Positions 63,263 to 64,000 of a stretch of DNA of 64,000 nucleotides are shown in pieces. Source of the DNA: Endomicrobiales bacterium (GTDB lineage Bacteria > Elusimicrobiota > Endomicrobiia > Endomicrobiales > CAWCFT01); NCBI GenBank assembly GCA_963794945.1, contig CAWCFT010000012.1, positions 32,083 through 96,082 of the forward strand. Direction: 5' to 3'. Position numbers and translations under genes: made by a program. Below the pieces are notes generated by a model. The model did no database searches. It had not been told where the DNA came from and saw only the letters and a program-made list of their open reading frames with translations. Every line of letters begins with the position of its first letter. The first letter of the stretch is position 1.

Positions 63263-64000
63263 ATGATAGAAAAGAAGCTGGAATCACTCGAAATACGCTT
63301 CAGGGAGCTCGAAAGCCTTTTAAGCGATGCGACCGTGATATCGAACAATGAAAACTATATGAAGTTCTCCCGCGAGCATTCCTCCCTTGTGCTCATAATG
63401 CAGAAGTATACAGAGCTTAAACGCATAAACAACGATATCAAGAACCTTGAAGAGCTGAAGAATTCTACCGACCAGGAGCTAAAGCTTATAGCCGCCAGTG
63501 AATATGAAGAAATGCAGGGCAAAAAAAAGAAGCTTGAGATAGAGTTGAAGTTCATGCTCCTGCCGGCCGACCCCAACGACGGGAAAAATATCATAGTGGA
63601 AATAAGAGCCGGGACAGGCGGCGAGCGAGGCCGCGCTATTTGCGGGCGACCTTTTCAGGATGTACAACCGCTACGCCGAGAAAAAGGGCTGGAAAGCCGA
63701 GCTTATGGACAGCCACTCGACGGGCCTCGGCGGGTTCAAAGAAGTCATATTCAACGTTTCCGGTAAAAACGTATGGAGGCATTTCAAGTTCGAAAGGGGC
63801 ATTCATCGCGTCCAGCGTGTGCCGGAAACAGAAGCGAGCGGCAGGATACACACTTCCGCTGTTTCCGTTGCAGTCTTGGCCGAAGCGGAGGATGTTGACG
63901 TTGAGGTCAAGACCGAAGACTTGCGTATAGATACATACCGGGCGTCCGGCGCCGGAGGGCAATATATAAACAAAACCGACTCGGCCATAAGGATAACGCA
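63263..64000 (+). CDS. prfA: Peptide chain release factor 1 (3' truncated; +1 indel near 63625)
   Basis: EIRAGTGG, then in the next frame [23 protein letters not shown] (PxT motif) and GAGGQ. Confidence 0.95.

Noticed and set aside
2580..63640. About 17 split genes read as pseudogenes or programmed frameshifts (peptidase, scpA, TIM barrel, PorV-TPR, DUF5693, envC, ctpA, motB2, coiled coil, histidine kinase, Kelch cargo, TPR-HEAT, polA, prfA)
   Set aside because: Mostly single extra bases with intact motifs on both sides, no in-frame nonsense decay, and core genes affected. This is the pattern of long-read consensus error.
63600..63650. prfB-style programmed +1 frameshift in a release factor
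   Set aside because: The protein has the RF1 PxT motif, there is no CTT TGA site, and the break is a single inserted base in GG(D/E)EAALF.
108..63988. Minus-strand and nested alternative-frame ORFs in the supplied track
   Set aside because: They overlap well-supported + strand genes and show no recognisable motifs.

Overview
Bacterial chromosomal window in which every credible gene (about 45) lies on the + strand. The organism is probably a diderm from Elusimicrobiota; this is inferred from the several PorV/PorQ-like barrels, FlgD-type C-terminal domains and recurrent (V/I)ST(G/A) motifs, not from a search. Housekeeping blocks are cca-S2P-trpS-scpAB, galT-DUF5693-csaB-ftsX-envC-ctpA-tsaD-dusB-larBC, and trxAB-polA-coaE-rho-rpmE-prfA. 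These flank two envelope/signalling loci. Locus 1 (11.7-26.7 kb) encodes a membrane Ser/Thr kinase, a repeat-rich fibre-like secreted protein, a T9SS-CTD-like cargo, a PorV-like barrel, an SLH-like coiled-coil protein, a double-FHA beta-propeller membrane protein, a membrane PP2C, a double receiver and a PorV-TPR. Locus 2 (38.9-56.5 kb) encodes MotA plus two different MotB proteins with no flagellar genes in the window, a long coiled coil, a hybrid kinase, receivers, a Kelch/Ig CTD cargo, a PorV-TPR, a TPR-TM-HEAT protein and a multi-PAS hybrid kinase. The best candidate for an undescribed system is a T9SS-like surface-display apparatus (PorV + CTD) coupled to phospho-Thr signalling and possibly a non-flagellar MotAB motor. 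About 17 genes, including polA, prfA and scpA, are split by indels, mostly single-base insertions; these are read as sequencing errors. No rRNA, tRNA, CRISPR array or transposase was recognised. Family assignments are from motif recognition only.
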